Positions 1-8,518 of a stretch of 64,000 nucleotides of DNA are shown piece after piece. A program made the position numbers and the translations under genes. Source of the DNA: Bdellovibrionales bacterium (GTDB taxonomy: Bacteria > Bdellovibrionota > Bdellovibrionia > Bdellovibrionales > UBA1609); contig OZ241877.1 in the NCBI GenBank assembly GCA_965203095.1, forward strand, positions 320,001-384,000, read 5' to 3'. Within the stretch, counting starts at the first letter, position 1. The number at the start of each line of letters is the position of its first letter. The notes under the pieces are model-generated. The model saw nothing but the letters and a program-made list of their open reading frames with translations. It made no database searches and was not told the origin of the DNA.

Positions 1-921
1 CCTCTGGCTAAAGGGGATCTGTATACCCTCTTTTTGAAATAAATTGTTAATCTCAAACCTTAAGTCACTGGCCACCCTTTTAATATCCATGGGGCTTTCC
101 ACAATAAGCCAATAGTTTAACTCAAACAAAAGACCACTATCGCCAAAATCACCAAAAAACACAATAGGGCTTTGAGCTTTGTTATAGGTTAAAACACTTT
201 TGTGATCTTGAGCTGATTTTAAAAGAAGATCCCTTACCTTTTCCACAGGAGAACCATAGCTTACACTCAATCTAATAGTGGATCGAATCACTTTGTCAGA
301 CAAAGTCCAATTTAAAATGCTGTGCTCTAAAATGACGCTGTTAGGGATGAGGATATGGGTGTTGTCTAAAGATCGAATAGCTGTGGCACGAAAACCTATG
401 CTTTCCACAATACCTCTAAGATCGTTGACTTCAATTAAATCTCCGGCCCGGATAGGGTGCTCCGTCACTATCACAATACCACATATCAGGTTGTTCATAA
501 TATTTCTTGCCCCAAAACCAATACCTAAGGCCAAAGCTCCACCCACAACAGTAAATACAGTTAAAGGGACTTGCACAAAATACAGAGTGAACAAAAATAA
601 AATGGAGATTAAAAAATAAAACAGGAAAACTTTTATGGTATAACGATGGGAAACATCAATATCAAAACGAGAGAGGATTCTTTTTTCAAATTGAGAAACA
701 AAAATGCGGATGCCAATATAACCACCGATGACAAATATGATCCCAAAAATAATATTCCCCACTGTGATAGGGGTTTTATCCACATGAAAAAGAGCATAGT
801 TCCAAAAAGTGGGAAACTGCTCAGAGAGAGTATCAAAAAACACTCGTGCTTTTTTAAAAAATTCCTCCCGATTCCAGGACAAATTTCCAACAAACAAAAA
901 GTTAAAATTTTGTGGAATCAT
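1..921 (-). CDS. MscS-family mechanosensitive ion channel (3' end runs off window)
   Basis: Not in ORF track because open at the edge. Hand translation from ATG 921 (GAGGTGG RBS) gives ...GGALALGIGFGARNIMNNLICG...PIRAGDLIEV...GIVESIGFRATAIRSLDNTHILIPNS...NWT, the classic MscS signature. Confidence 0.9.
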   Translation of the reverse strand, partial: MIPQNFNFLFVGNLSWNREEFFKKARVFFDTLSEQFPTFWNYALFHVDKTPITVGNIIFGIIFVIGGYIGIRIFVSQFEKRILSRFDIDVSHRYTIKVFLFYFLISILFLFTLYFVQVPLTVFTVVGGALALGIGFGARNIMNNLICGIVIVTEHPIRAGDLIEVNDLRGIVESIGFRATAIRSLDNTHILIPNSVILEHSILNWTLSDKVIRSTIRLSVSYGSPVEKVRDLLLKSAQDHKSVLTYNKAQSPIVFFGDFGDSGLLFELNYWLIVESPMDIKRVASDLRFEINNLFQKEGIQIPFSQR

Positions 922-1063
922 CTTGTCACCACCTCATCTATTTTGAACAAGAAAAAAATATGCTGGTCTAACATAGTCTAAAAAGCCCCCCAGTTTAGCC
1001 CTGAGATAAGAAAAATTATGCCGATAGCCCTAAGCCTTGTCAAGCCCCCTCAAAAACACAAGC

Positions 1064-3217
1064 TTAATCAGAAGTTTTTTTGAGTAAACTGTCCGGGAAC
1101 CAAGGGCCCTCCTCCTCCCCTGCCTTTAAAATATTGTGATAAAAAACATAGTTTCGGATAAGGAGACGGGCATAAGTTCGTGTCTCCTCATAAGGCATGC
1201 TCTCTATAAACTCTAAAGGGGGCAGGGCTTTCATTTCCTCTTTCCACTTATTGAGGGGAATATTCCCTGCATTGTAGGCAGAGACCGCCATTAAAAAACT
1301 GCCCTCATATTGCCTCAGCAAGCGTTTTAAATAAGCCGTCCCTAAGAGAATGTTTTTTGAGGGCTTGTAAAGCTCTCTGAAATTTTTGTAGGGAATTTTA
1401 TGCCTTCTGGCTGTTTGTCGGCCTGTGGAAGGGATAATTTGCATAAGGCCAAAGGCGTCTGCTGGACTTCTGGCCCTGACATTAAAAGCCGATTCCTGAC
1501 GAATGATAGCAAAAATCAAGGGTTTAGGAACTTTCCATTTTTTTGAGGCTATTTCCACTTCTTCTAAAAAATCCAAAGGAAATAAAAGTTGAATGTGATT
1601 TTTTAAGAAAGAAGATCTGACTCTATGGCTCATCTGCTCTAAAGACTGGAATATTTGCAAATGCCTTTTTGCTTTTTTCCAAAGCCAAATCATTTTTAAC
1701 CATTCTTTTTCTGTTTTTCTTTTTTGACTCAAAAAATAGTAATTTTTTTGATCTAAAAATTGAGACAGTAAGCTGGATTCATTAAACAAAAATAACCAAT
1801 GGATGAGAATATCGTCCTTAGAACCTAAAAAAGAGAATTTTTTGGAGTCCCACTTTGTTTCTTGAAAAACCAGCCTCTCATTTAAAGCACGGCGGGCTAA
1901 CAATCCATAAAAGCCAAAAAAATCCTCCTTAATTAGAGAGCGAAAACTCCTTTTGGCTCGCGAACTTAAGCCCAAATCCTGAAGAGTTTTTCCCTCCCAA
2001 AACAGAGCTTTGTATTTTGTGTAAGGATTTTCCGTCTTTTTTTTCAAAAGGCTTAAATTGACTAAAGACTTTTTGTAATCCTTCTGCCTTCTGAAAAGCC
2101 AAGCCTTTTTCCATAAAATTTTATCTAAAAGCTCTGAAGAAGATCTTTTTCTTGAAAGCAAACTCAAAGCCTTATCCCAATCCTTTAAACAAAGCTCCCA
2201 CTCCCCTTCCTGCTCCTGAATAAGCCCTCTCAAAAACAGGGCTGAAGGCGAGGGTGGCACATCCGCCTTTAAAAGATCATTTATGATCTGAATGGCTTTT
2301 TGGTTTTTGTCTCGATTCCATTCCTGCCGGGCCAAATTTAAACGGCTTTCCTGATATTGTTTTAAACTTTGCTCCGTCCCTTCTTTAATGAGCCACTCGG
2401 ACCACTGGCGGGAATTGCTGATCCTTTTTTTATAATCTCTTTTGGCCTTATAGATACGATCTAAACCTTTAAACGAAAGATTTTTCTCTTCAAAAGGGGT
2501 TTGAGGCGAATTGAGCACACGAGTATAAAAATAAAGGGCTTTTTTAAAATTTCTTTTCTCCCTAAAATCCTCTGCTACAGAGACATAGTCCTCAACACCG
2601 GGGCGAGGCTTTAAACTGGGTGATTCTTTATACAAAAACAACCTTAGTTTTTGCACTTCGGACCCTTCCTTGTCTTGCTCTTTAGCCAAAGCTATGGCGT
2701 GCTTTAAATAAGAAACTCTCAACTCCTTATAGGGGCTTTTTTGAGATAGGTAGGTAAGGGCTTTTAAAGTCAGCTGTGGTTGTTCAAAATGTTTTCTTCT
2801 TTTATAAAGGGCAGAGGCCAAGCTCAACCTCAACCATTCCGGAAAAAGATGCGGTTCAAAACTCAATTCAAAGGGAAAAGGGCAGAGCTTATAACTCTGA
2901 ATTTTTGCCAAATCCTTTAAAGGGAAGGCGGGGCTTTCGCTAAGCTCTTGCATGATCTTGCAAAAAGAATCCTTATCCTTATTTTTGAGCAATAAAGCCT
3001 TATGGTATTTGAGCCTCCACAAGTTGGCCGTTTTTTCCTGATTTTGCTTTTCCAGTGAAGAAAAAACCAAGTGAATTTGTTTTGCCGTTCTTTTACTGAG
3101 TTGAGGCGGGATGGCTATTTCTTCAGGAACAAAGGAGGAGTTTAAGTTGATGGAGGGAGGGGTTTCAGCCCAGCAAAAAAATTGGAAAAATCCGACAAAG
3201 GCCCATACCAATAGCAT
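1064..3217 (-). CDS. slt: Soluble lytic murein transglycosylase (Slt-type, TPR-like helical N-terminus)
   Basis: SLT motifs IIRQESAF, AFGLMQI, AYNAG, ETRTY; N-terminal signal-like hydrophobic stretch. Confidence 0.9.
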   Translation of the reverse strand: MLLVWAFVGFFQFFCWAETPPSINLNSSFVPEEIAIPPQLSKRTAKQIHLVFSSLEKQNQEKTANLWRLKYHKALLLKNKDKDSFCKIMQELSESPAFPLKDLAKIQSYKLCPFPFELSFEPHLFPEWLRLSLASALYKRRKHFEQPQLTLKALTYLSQKSPYKELRVSYLKHAIALAKEQDKEGSEVQKLRLFLYKESPSLKPRPGVEDYVSVAEDFREKRNFKKALYFYTRVLNSPQTPFEEKNLSFKGLDRIYKAKRDYKKRISNSRQWSEWLIKEGTEQSLKQYQESRLNLARQEWNRDKNQKAIQIINDLLKADVPPSPSALFLRGLIQEQEGEWELCLKDWDKALSLLSRKRSSSELLDKILWKKAWLFRRQKDYKKSLVNLSLLKKKTENPYTKYKALFWEGKTLQDLGLSSRAKRSFRSLIKEDFFGFYGLLARRALNERLVFQETKWDSKKFSFLGSKDDILIHWLFLFNESSLLSQFLDQKNYYFLSQKRKTEKEWLKMIWLWKKAKRHLQIFQSLEQMSHRVRSSFLKNHIQLLFPLDFLEEVEIASKKWKVPKPLIFAIIRQESAFNVRARSPADAFGLMQIIPSTGRQTARRHKIPYKNFRELYKPSKNILLGTAYLKRLLRQYEGSFLMAVSAYNAGNIPLNKWKEEMKALPPLEFIESMPYEETRTYARLLIRNYVFYHNILKAGEEEGPWFPDSLLKKTSD

Positions 3218-3392
3218 AAAAAAACTTTATAGGTAATTTTTAGCAGAATCAAGCGGGATTAGGGCTTTCCTTTCTCTAACTGGATTCCTGCTTTTGTAGG
3301 GGCAGGCAGAGTGGGAACTAAAAAACCTGGGGAGGATTTATGAAACAAAGCGTCTAAAACATCTCATTAATATTCATCTTATTTGAAAATCC

Positions 3393-3869
3393 ATGTTTTT
3401 ATGTGTAAAAGCAGAGGGCATTATGAATAGAAAAAACATTTTAAAGCTGTTGGCTTGGGATTTTGGCCCTCGTTGGGAGCAAATTCTTTTAGATGCTTCT
3501 TATTTATTTGTTAGGGTGGCTGTGGCTCTTATTATGTTATTTGCCCATGGCTATGGGAAGTTGGTCAATTTTTCCAACATAGCTGGCCAATTCCCTGATC
3601 CTTTAGGCTTAGGTTCTCACCTCAGCTTAGCTCTCACTACAGGGGCTGAGTTTTTTGGAGCTATTTTTCTGGCTTTGGGCTTATTCAGCCGTTATGTCGC
3701 TTTTAGCCTTTTATTCACTATGCTGGTTGCGGCTTTTATTGTCCATTGGCCGGACCCCTTCAAAGGTAAGGAGCTGGCTATTTTATACGCTCTGCCTTTT
3801 TTGCTGTTCACTTTGGCAGGTGGCGGGAAATACAGCTTAGATAACCTCCTCAAATCAAAATTATTATAA
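3393..3869 (+). CDS. DoxX family membrane protein (true start likely ATG 3423)
   Basis: RVAVALIMLFAHGYGKL, AEFFGAIFLALGLFSR and GGGKYSLD motifs; GAGGG upstream of ATG 3423. Confidence 0.9.
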   Translation: MFLCVKAEGIMNRKNILKLLAWDFGPRWEQILLDASYLFVRVAVALIMLFAHGYGKLVNFSNIAGQFPDPLGLGSHLSLALTTGAEFFGAIFLALGLFSRYVAFSLLFTMLVAAFIVHWPDPFKGKELAILYALPFLLFTLAGGGKYSLDNLLKSKLL

Positions 3870-3874
3870 AAAAA

Positions 3875-3902
3875 TTGCTTTTTTCAAAAAACTTTGTATT
3901 AT
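3875..3902 (+). promoter_or_regulatory. Putative sigma70 promoter of tmRNA
   Basis: TTGCTT-N16-TATTAT ending 9 nt before the tmRNA 5' end. Confidence 0.45.
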
Positions 3903-3911
3903 CTTTAAATA

Positions 3912-4262
3912 GGGGGTGTATTGGCTTCGACGCGGGTCAGTCACCTTTTAGGAGCATATAGAGGGAGCTTGAGGTCCTCTTAAAAAAACAAGCAAAATGT
4001 AAATGGCGACAATTCTGTTGCTTTTGCCGCTTAATTTAAAGTGGCAACATGGAACCTCTTGCGGTGGCGAAAGAGGGAAAGTGTCGATTTTAGCCACCTC
4101 GGCTTTTCATTCCCTCCTGTGAATGAAAAACTCAAATCCAACAGGAACCATCAAAGAAGATTTGCTCTTGAAGACTCTTTGATTATTAAACAAGAGCTAA
4201 ATATGTAGAGCCTAAAAGAGGAAGTCTTGCGGACACGGGTTCAATTCCCGTCACCTCCACCA
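3912..4262 (+). ncRNA. ssrA: tmRNA; tag reading frame GDNSVAFAA* at 4005-4034
   Basis: 5' GGGGGTG...GGCTTCGAC and 3' GGGTTCAATTCCC...CACCTCCACCA tRNA-like ends, ~350 nt long, internal ORF ending AFAA-TAA. Confidence 0.95.
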
Positions 4263-4267
4263 TTTGC

Positions 4268-4888
4268 TCATTTTTTAAAAAATAATTTTTTTGCAATTTT
4301 TCCAGAAGTTTTACAGAAAAAAAAATCAAAAGTTCCTCCAATCACTCCAGACACAATAGGAATCCACTTGACCAAATTTACGACGCCTTTTTCTCCAAAC
4401 TTTGTTATCAACCGGAAACCAACAAACTGGTTTATTTTTGTCAAAATTTGTCCACTTATTGAGGCAATTGCTTGACGAGTTAGTTTTTCGATCAGTTTTA
4501 CTCCTACTTCTTTCACAAGCTCTTTATAGGAATCAAAAGCCAAACAACAATATACAAGTGTTTTTACTTGGTCAGACCTTGGATCATATCCTGATATAGT
4601 GGCTATTCCGGCAATCATACGCATTTGAATATAGAAAGAAGCTGTTAAGCCTACAGGAACAGTTATAGGTAAAGTGATTATTCCTCCTACAGAAGAAACA
4701 AATCCACTTGTCGCACTTTTTGCTTTTGCATAGTTAATCAAAGAATCAATTGCTTTTTCTTTATTATCATTTTTTTTAACATAATTTTCTGCTAACTCTT
4801 CTATTGATGGAGTTCCGGGGAGCCCCTCCAACACATTGTCATATATAGTATCAAGGATCTTAATTATAGTCTTTTTATTAAACTTCAT
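4268..4888 (-). CDS. EcsC family protein
   Basis: SGFVSSVGGIITLPITVP...QMRMIAGIATISGYD...GFRLITKFGEKGVVNLVKWIPIVSGVIGGTFD pattern. Confidence 0.8.
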   Translation of the reverse strand: MKFNKKTIIKILDTIYDNVLEGLPGTPSIEELAENYVKKNDNKEKAIDSLINYAKAKSATSGFVSSVGGIITLPITVPVGLTASFYIQMRMIAGIATISGYDPRSDQVKTLVYCCLAFDSYKELVKEVGVKLIEKLTRQAIASISGQILTKINQFVGFRLITKFGEKGVVNLVKWIPIVSGVIGGTFDFFFCKTSGKIAKKLFFKK

Positions 4889-5061
4889 TTTATCTTATAT
4901 TATTCCATTATCAGACCATGAATCAGGAATGTCAAGCTTTTTTGAAAGTGCTCTAATATCAACATGGATAAGCTCCATTTGTTGTAAAAACAGCTTGTAT
5001 TTTTATTTAAACTGCTTTAAGCTTGTGAGACTTTTAAAAACAAACGACAAGGATTCTTTAT

Positions 5062-6066
5062 ATGAAAAAGCATAAATCTCAAATAAAAAGCAAGAAACCA
5101 AAACTCAGTCACGATAACTTCTTTAAACTCTTTTACTCTGATATAGAGCTTGCGAAAGATCTGCTAAAACTTATTTTTTCAAAAAAAGAACTTAGAGCTT
5201 ATAATTTAAACCAGTTGAAAATAGAAAAAGACACTTTTGAGGCAAAAAGAGCCGATCTTATCTTCTCCCTCCCTTTTAAAAATTATCCAAAAAACAGGTT
5301 AAAAATCTTCATTCTTTTAGAGCACAAAAGCCATTATGATAAAAACCTGTTTAGCCAGATGTTAGACTACCAAGTATTGGGTAGAAAGCACAGTATCCAA
5401 CAAAAGGGCTATCCTCAGCCTATAATCTCTGTGCTGTTTTATCACGGGGAACAGCCTCTTAAATGGAAAAAATCCCTACAAGAAGAGGATTTTGGTTCTT
5501 TTTTCCAAAAAATTCCTGTTGAATCTAAAAAAGATATGTTAAACTATGGCTTGAGGATAATAGATACGCAAGACCCGAAAATTCGTAAAGCCCTTAAGGG
5601 CGGGGAGTTTAAGGGTTATAGTGTAATAAAACTATTGTCTGAGGTATGGAGTTTAAAGAAGAAAATAACTCCATTAAAGGTAAGGGATGTTTATGCTGAG
5701 TTTGAGGAGATATTGAGTGGTTTAAAGGGAAAGGAGAGGAAGACTGTAGAGTTAAGGATATTGGAGTATTTAAGGGATAATACGGGTTTGGATTTAAAAG
5801 TTTGGGAAAAGGCGGAAAAACTGCTTTTATCCGAAGGGATATTAAAACAAGGAGGGCTTATGCAAGATGTTTGGGAAATTATCAAAGAAAAAGGCCGTTG
5901 GGAAGGACGGCAAGAAGGACGGCAAGAAGGACGGCAGGAAGGACAACAGGAAGAACGGCAACAAGTTGTCCAAAATATGCTAAGAGAAAAACTGGATTTA
6001 ACTGTCATTGCCAAGGTGACAGGGCTTTCTAAAAAAGAAATAAAAAAGCTGAAAAACCATACATAA
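5062..6066 (+). CDS. Rpn family recombination-promoting nuclease / putative transposase (PD-(D/E)xK)
   Basis: HDNFFK, RADL, ILLEHKS, VLFYHG motifs; C-terminal (EGRQ)n repeats and IAKVTGLS HTH. Confidence 0.92.
   Translation: MKKHKSQIKSKKPKLSHDNFFKLFYSDIELAKDLLKLIFSKKELRAYNLNQLKIEKDTFEAKRADLIFSLPFKNYPKNRLKIFILLEHKSHYDKNLFSQMLDYQVLGRKHSIQQKGYPQPIISVLFYHGEQPLKWKKSLQEEDFGSFFQKIPVESKKDMLNYGLRIIDTQDPKIRKALKGGEFKGYSVIKLLSEVWSLKKKITPLKVRDVYAEFEEILSGLKGKERKTVELRILEYLRDNTGLDLKVWEKAEKLLLSEGILKQGGLMQDVWEIIKEKGRWEGRQEGRQEGRQEGQQEERQQVVQNMLREKLDLTVIAKVTGLSKKEIKKLKNHT
5860..6066 (+). CDS. Putative internally initiated small Rpn (RpnS-type antitoxin), 68 aa
   Basis: GGAGGG at 5851-5856 directly before in-frame ATG 5860 (MQDVWEIIKEKG...). 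Confidence 0.55.
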   Translation: MQDVWEIIKEKGRWEGRQEGRQEGRQEGQQEERQQVVQNMLREKLDLTVIAKVTGLSKKEIKKLKNHT

Positions 6067-6574
6067 TACCTCCTGATTGGTAAAAAAACTCAAAAACAGG
6101 CTTTGTCCATCAGGAGCATACGGGAAATTATGGGAAAAGGCGGAAAAACATGGTTTTTTAAGCTGTTAATTTTATTAAATTTTTCCAATTTTTAGCCCTT
6201 TCCGGCCTCTTTTTTCTATCAGCCCCTCACCTCCACCATTTTTCTTTTAACTTCTTGCAAATCATCCCACAAATGGGACACTTTTTTTCAGAAAAAAGGT
6301 TTAAAAACTGGAATCTTCCCAAAAACAAAATGAATCTTAAATGCCTCTGAATAGAGTTATTTCAGTTGGTTTTTCTAAGCTGAGCAAATATTCTTGTGTC
6401 AATATTTTTTTCACAAGCTCGTTTTAAGCAGGTTTTGACCTTGAAAAACATGGCTTAGTTGCAGTTTTATTTAACTTTCAGCACCAATGCACTGTTCAAC
6501 CGGTTGTATCCGGAAAATCAAAAGTATGAGATAAACAAATTCAAGGTGTGTAGGCAAATTGGAGGTCATGAACA

Positions 6575-6928
6575 TTAACTGGTCTTGAACCTTTTTAAAG
6601 ATTTCTCTAATCTTTGCAATTCCTCTAAAAATTTATTCCACTTAGAACTCCACTCTTCATCCAGTGATTCGCTTGGCTGAGATAAAGATAAAGATATTTC
6701 CACTATAGAGTTATAAGATAAATATATGTTATTAATTTCTGGATTCATATCTTCTTCTTTTATTTCTTCTAATCGATCAGGTTTAGGAAGACCTAAAAGC
6801 TGAGAAATATCTTGTAATAACTTAATTGTTTGTCTGAATATTTTAACTCTTAAAGCATAAGCTAAATTTGGTTCCATAGTTATAGTTCTTAAACTTTTTA
6901 TATCATTAATTATATTTTTTTTATCCAT
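6575..6928 (-). CDS. Small helical hypothetical protein (117 aa), third gene of Hailong-like operon
   Basis: ATG 6928 overlaps the NTase stop (ATGGATAA) and has GAGGG upstream; the ORF track start at 6949 is probably too early. Confidence 0.7.
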   Translation of the reverse strand: MDKKNIINDIKSLRTITMEPNLAYALRVKIFRQTIKLLQDISQLLGLPKPDRLEEIKEEDMNPEINNIYLSYNSIVEISLSLSQPSESLDEEWSSKWNKFLEELQRLEKSLKRFKTS

Positions 6929-7595
6929 TAATAATGCCCTCAACCCCATTTATGATTATTTCTGAATTTTCAATCCACTTTTTCGGTGAAATTCTTATTC
7001 TCTGAATTGCAGTTTTATCGATTCTTTTTTCTACATAAAGTTTATACTTATATAAATCAGAGTATTCTCTGACATTTAAATTTTTCATATTTAACTCCTT
7101 TACTATATGGTTCACAGGTTCAATTCTTTTGAAACAAGGTCTTCCTAAAAACCAACAACCAAGGATTGAACAGTGTCTTATTACTGTAGCTAAGATTGAA
7201 AGATCAAAAATTAACATATCATTTGATATAAGAGATTGTTTTGTTTCTTCAATAACTCTTGAAAAAGATTTTAAATCATTGTTAGCTTTCTTATATTTCC
7301 CTAACTTGGAAAATAAATATGGCAAAGTATTTTTTGCGTGTCTTCCTTCATATATACATTTTCCCTCAAGTTTCAAATGATGCAAGAATAAAGAACCATA
7401 TTTTGCCATATTTTTGATTTCTTTCCAAGAATAAAAATTTAAATCAGATATTTTTAATCCTTTAGGTATTAATTTTTGAATATATTTGAAATTTTGTATA
7501 GACTCTCCAATAACTAAAATGTCAACATCACTTAACAGATCACTGTCACCTCGTGCGTTAGAACCATATAGCCATATAGAGATATCTTCTTTCAT
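6921..7595 (-). CDS. Pol-beta superfamily nucleotidyltransferase with helical C-terminal domain (HalB-like)
   Basis: LYGSNARGDSDLLSDVDILV motif plus GSLFLHHLKLEG; ATGA overlap with upstream gene. Confidence 0.85.
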   Translation of the reverse strand: MKEDISIWLYGSNARGDSDLLSDVDILVIGESIQNFKYIQKLIPKGLKISDLNFYSWKEIKNMAKYGSLFLHHLKLEGKCIYEGRHAKNTLPYLFSKLGKYKKANNDLKSFSRVIEETKQSLISNDMLIFDLSILATVIRHCSILGCWFLGRPCFKRIEPVNHIVKELNMKNLNVREYSDLYKYKLYVEKRIDKTAIQRIRISPKKWIENSEIIINGVEGIING

Positions 7596-8470
7596 TTTTT
7601 TAACACCCTCCTCATAAAAAGTGATACAAAAAGTGCTATAAATAAAATGGAGATTATTTTTTGAACCAAAATAAAGAATAATAAAGAGGATTCATCTGGT
7701 TTAATAATATTTGTTCCATTAACAGAAAATATTACTTGAAAAGAAAGGTAGATAGCTTTATAGAAAGTGTAATTATAGAAGAACCAAAAAATAACAGAAA
7801 AAAGAACAATATTTACCAATAAAAAACTAATAATTAAATTTAACAATTTTTCTCCATATCCCCAGATTAAACCCTCCATTTTACTATATAAAAATTTTAA
7901 ACCTGATATATAAGATTCTGATTTGTTAAAATTCTTTTTATACCAATCTTCCTTTCTTAAAAAAGCAGATTTTAGATGATTTTCATTTATATGTATTCTT
8001 TTATATTTATACTTAAGATACTCGTCGTATGATCCTGACTTATATGATTCATCTTCTAAATTTTGGATTATTTCTTTAGAAATGTTAGGTTCTTCTGGAA
8101 GGCATTTTAACATGAATTCATATTTTAAGTAACAATTTTTAAAAGAGGAATAAGCAAAAATATTTTTTGTATTTTCTAAAGCATGTTGGGTTTTTCTGAA
8201 ATTACAATCAATAAACTTACATCCCGTAAACTCACAATTTGAAAATATAGTTTCTTTAAAATAACAATCAAAAAATCTACAATTTATAAAAATAAGGTTT
8301 TGTAATATTGAATTTTTAAAACTTATATTACTGAAATAACAATGGGAGAATTCTTTGTTTTCAATAGTCTTTTTATCAAAAAATTGTGAAGCAATAATTT
8401 TATTTTTAACTTCTGAATCTTTACAGGTGATTAAATTTAAACTTATTTTACCTATATCATACATTATCAA
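7592..8470 (-). CDS. Pentapeptide-repeat + 2TM ion-channel-like membrane protein (HalA-like)
   Basis: N-terminal F-x-x-C-x-F pentapeptide repeats, WGYGE, TM1, pore-helix-like AIYLSFQVIF, TM2 and basic tail. Confidence 0.8.
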   Translation of the reverse strand: MIMYDIGKISLNLITCKDSEVKNKIIASQFFDKKTIENKEFSHCYFSNISFKNSILQNLIFINCRFFDCYFKETIFSNCEFTGCKFIDCNFRKTQHALENTKNIFAYSSFKNCYLKYEFMLKCLPEEPNISKEIIQNLEDESYKSGSYDEYLKYKYKRIHINENHLKSAFLRKEDWYKKNFNKSESYISGLKFLYSKMEGLIWGYGEKLLNLIISFLLVNIVLFSVIFWFFYNYTFYKAIYLSFQVIFSVNGTNIIKPDESSLLFFILVQKIISILFIALFVSLFMRRVLKK

Positions 8471-8518
8471 TACCTTTATTTTCAGTGAAAACTTATATCC
8501 TATAATATCTAATTTTTA

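Larger units (their letters stand above)
4251..6241. mobile_element. ~2-kb element bounded by a 15-bp direct repeat of the tmRNA 3' end (att-like)
   Basis: TCACCTCCACCATTT at 4251-4265 and 6227-6241; encloses ecsC-like and rpn genes; no integrase. Confidence 0.65.

Noticed and set aside
278..981. ORFs 278-619, 633-893, 646-981
   Set aside because: Shadow or alternate frames of mscS.
4227..4475. 82-aa ORF
   Set aside because: Overlaps the tmRNA T-arm and is antisense to ecsC.
5691..6032. ORFs with PSCR/GRTAR repeats
   Set aside because: Alternate readings of the rpn EGRQ repeats.
6131..6149. 19-bp copy of rpn-internal TGGGAAAAGGCGGAAAAAC (5803-5821)
   Set aside because: Real but too short to assign a function; likely rpn-derived debris.
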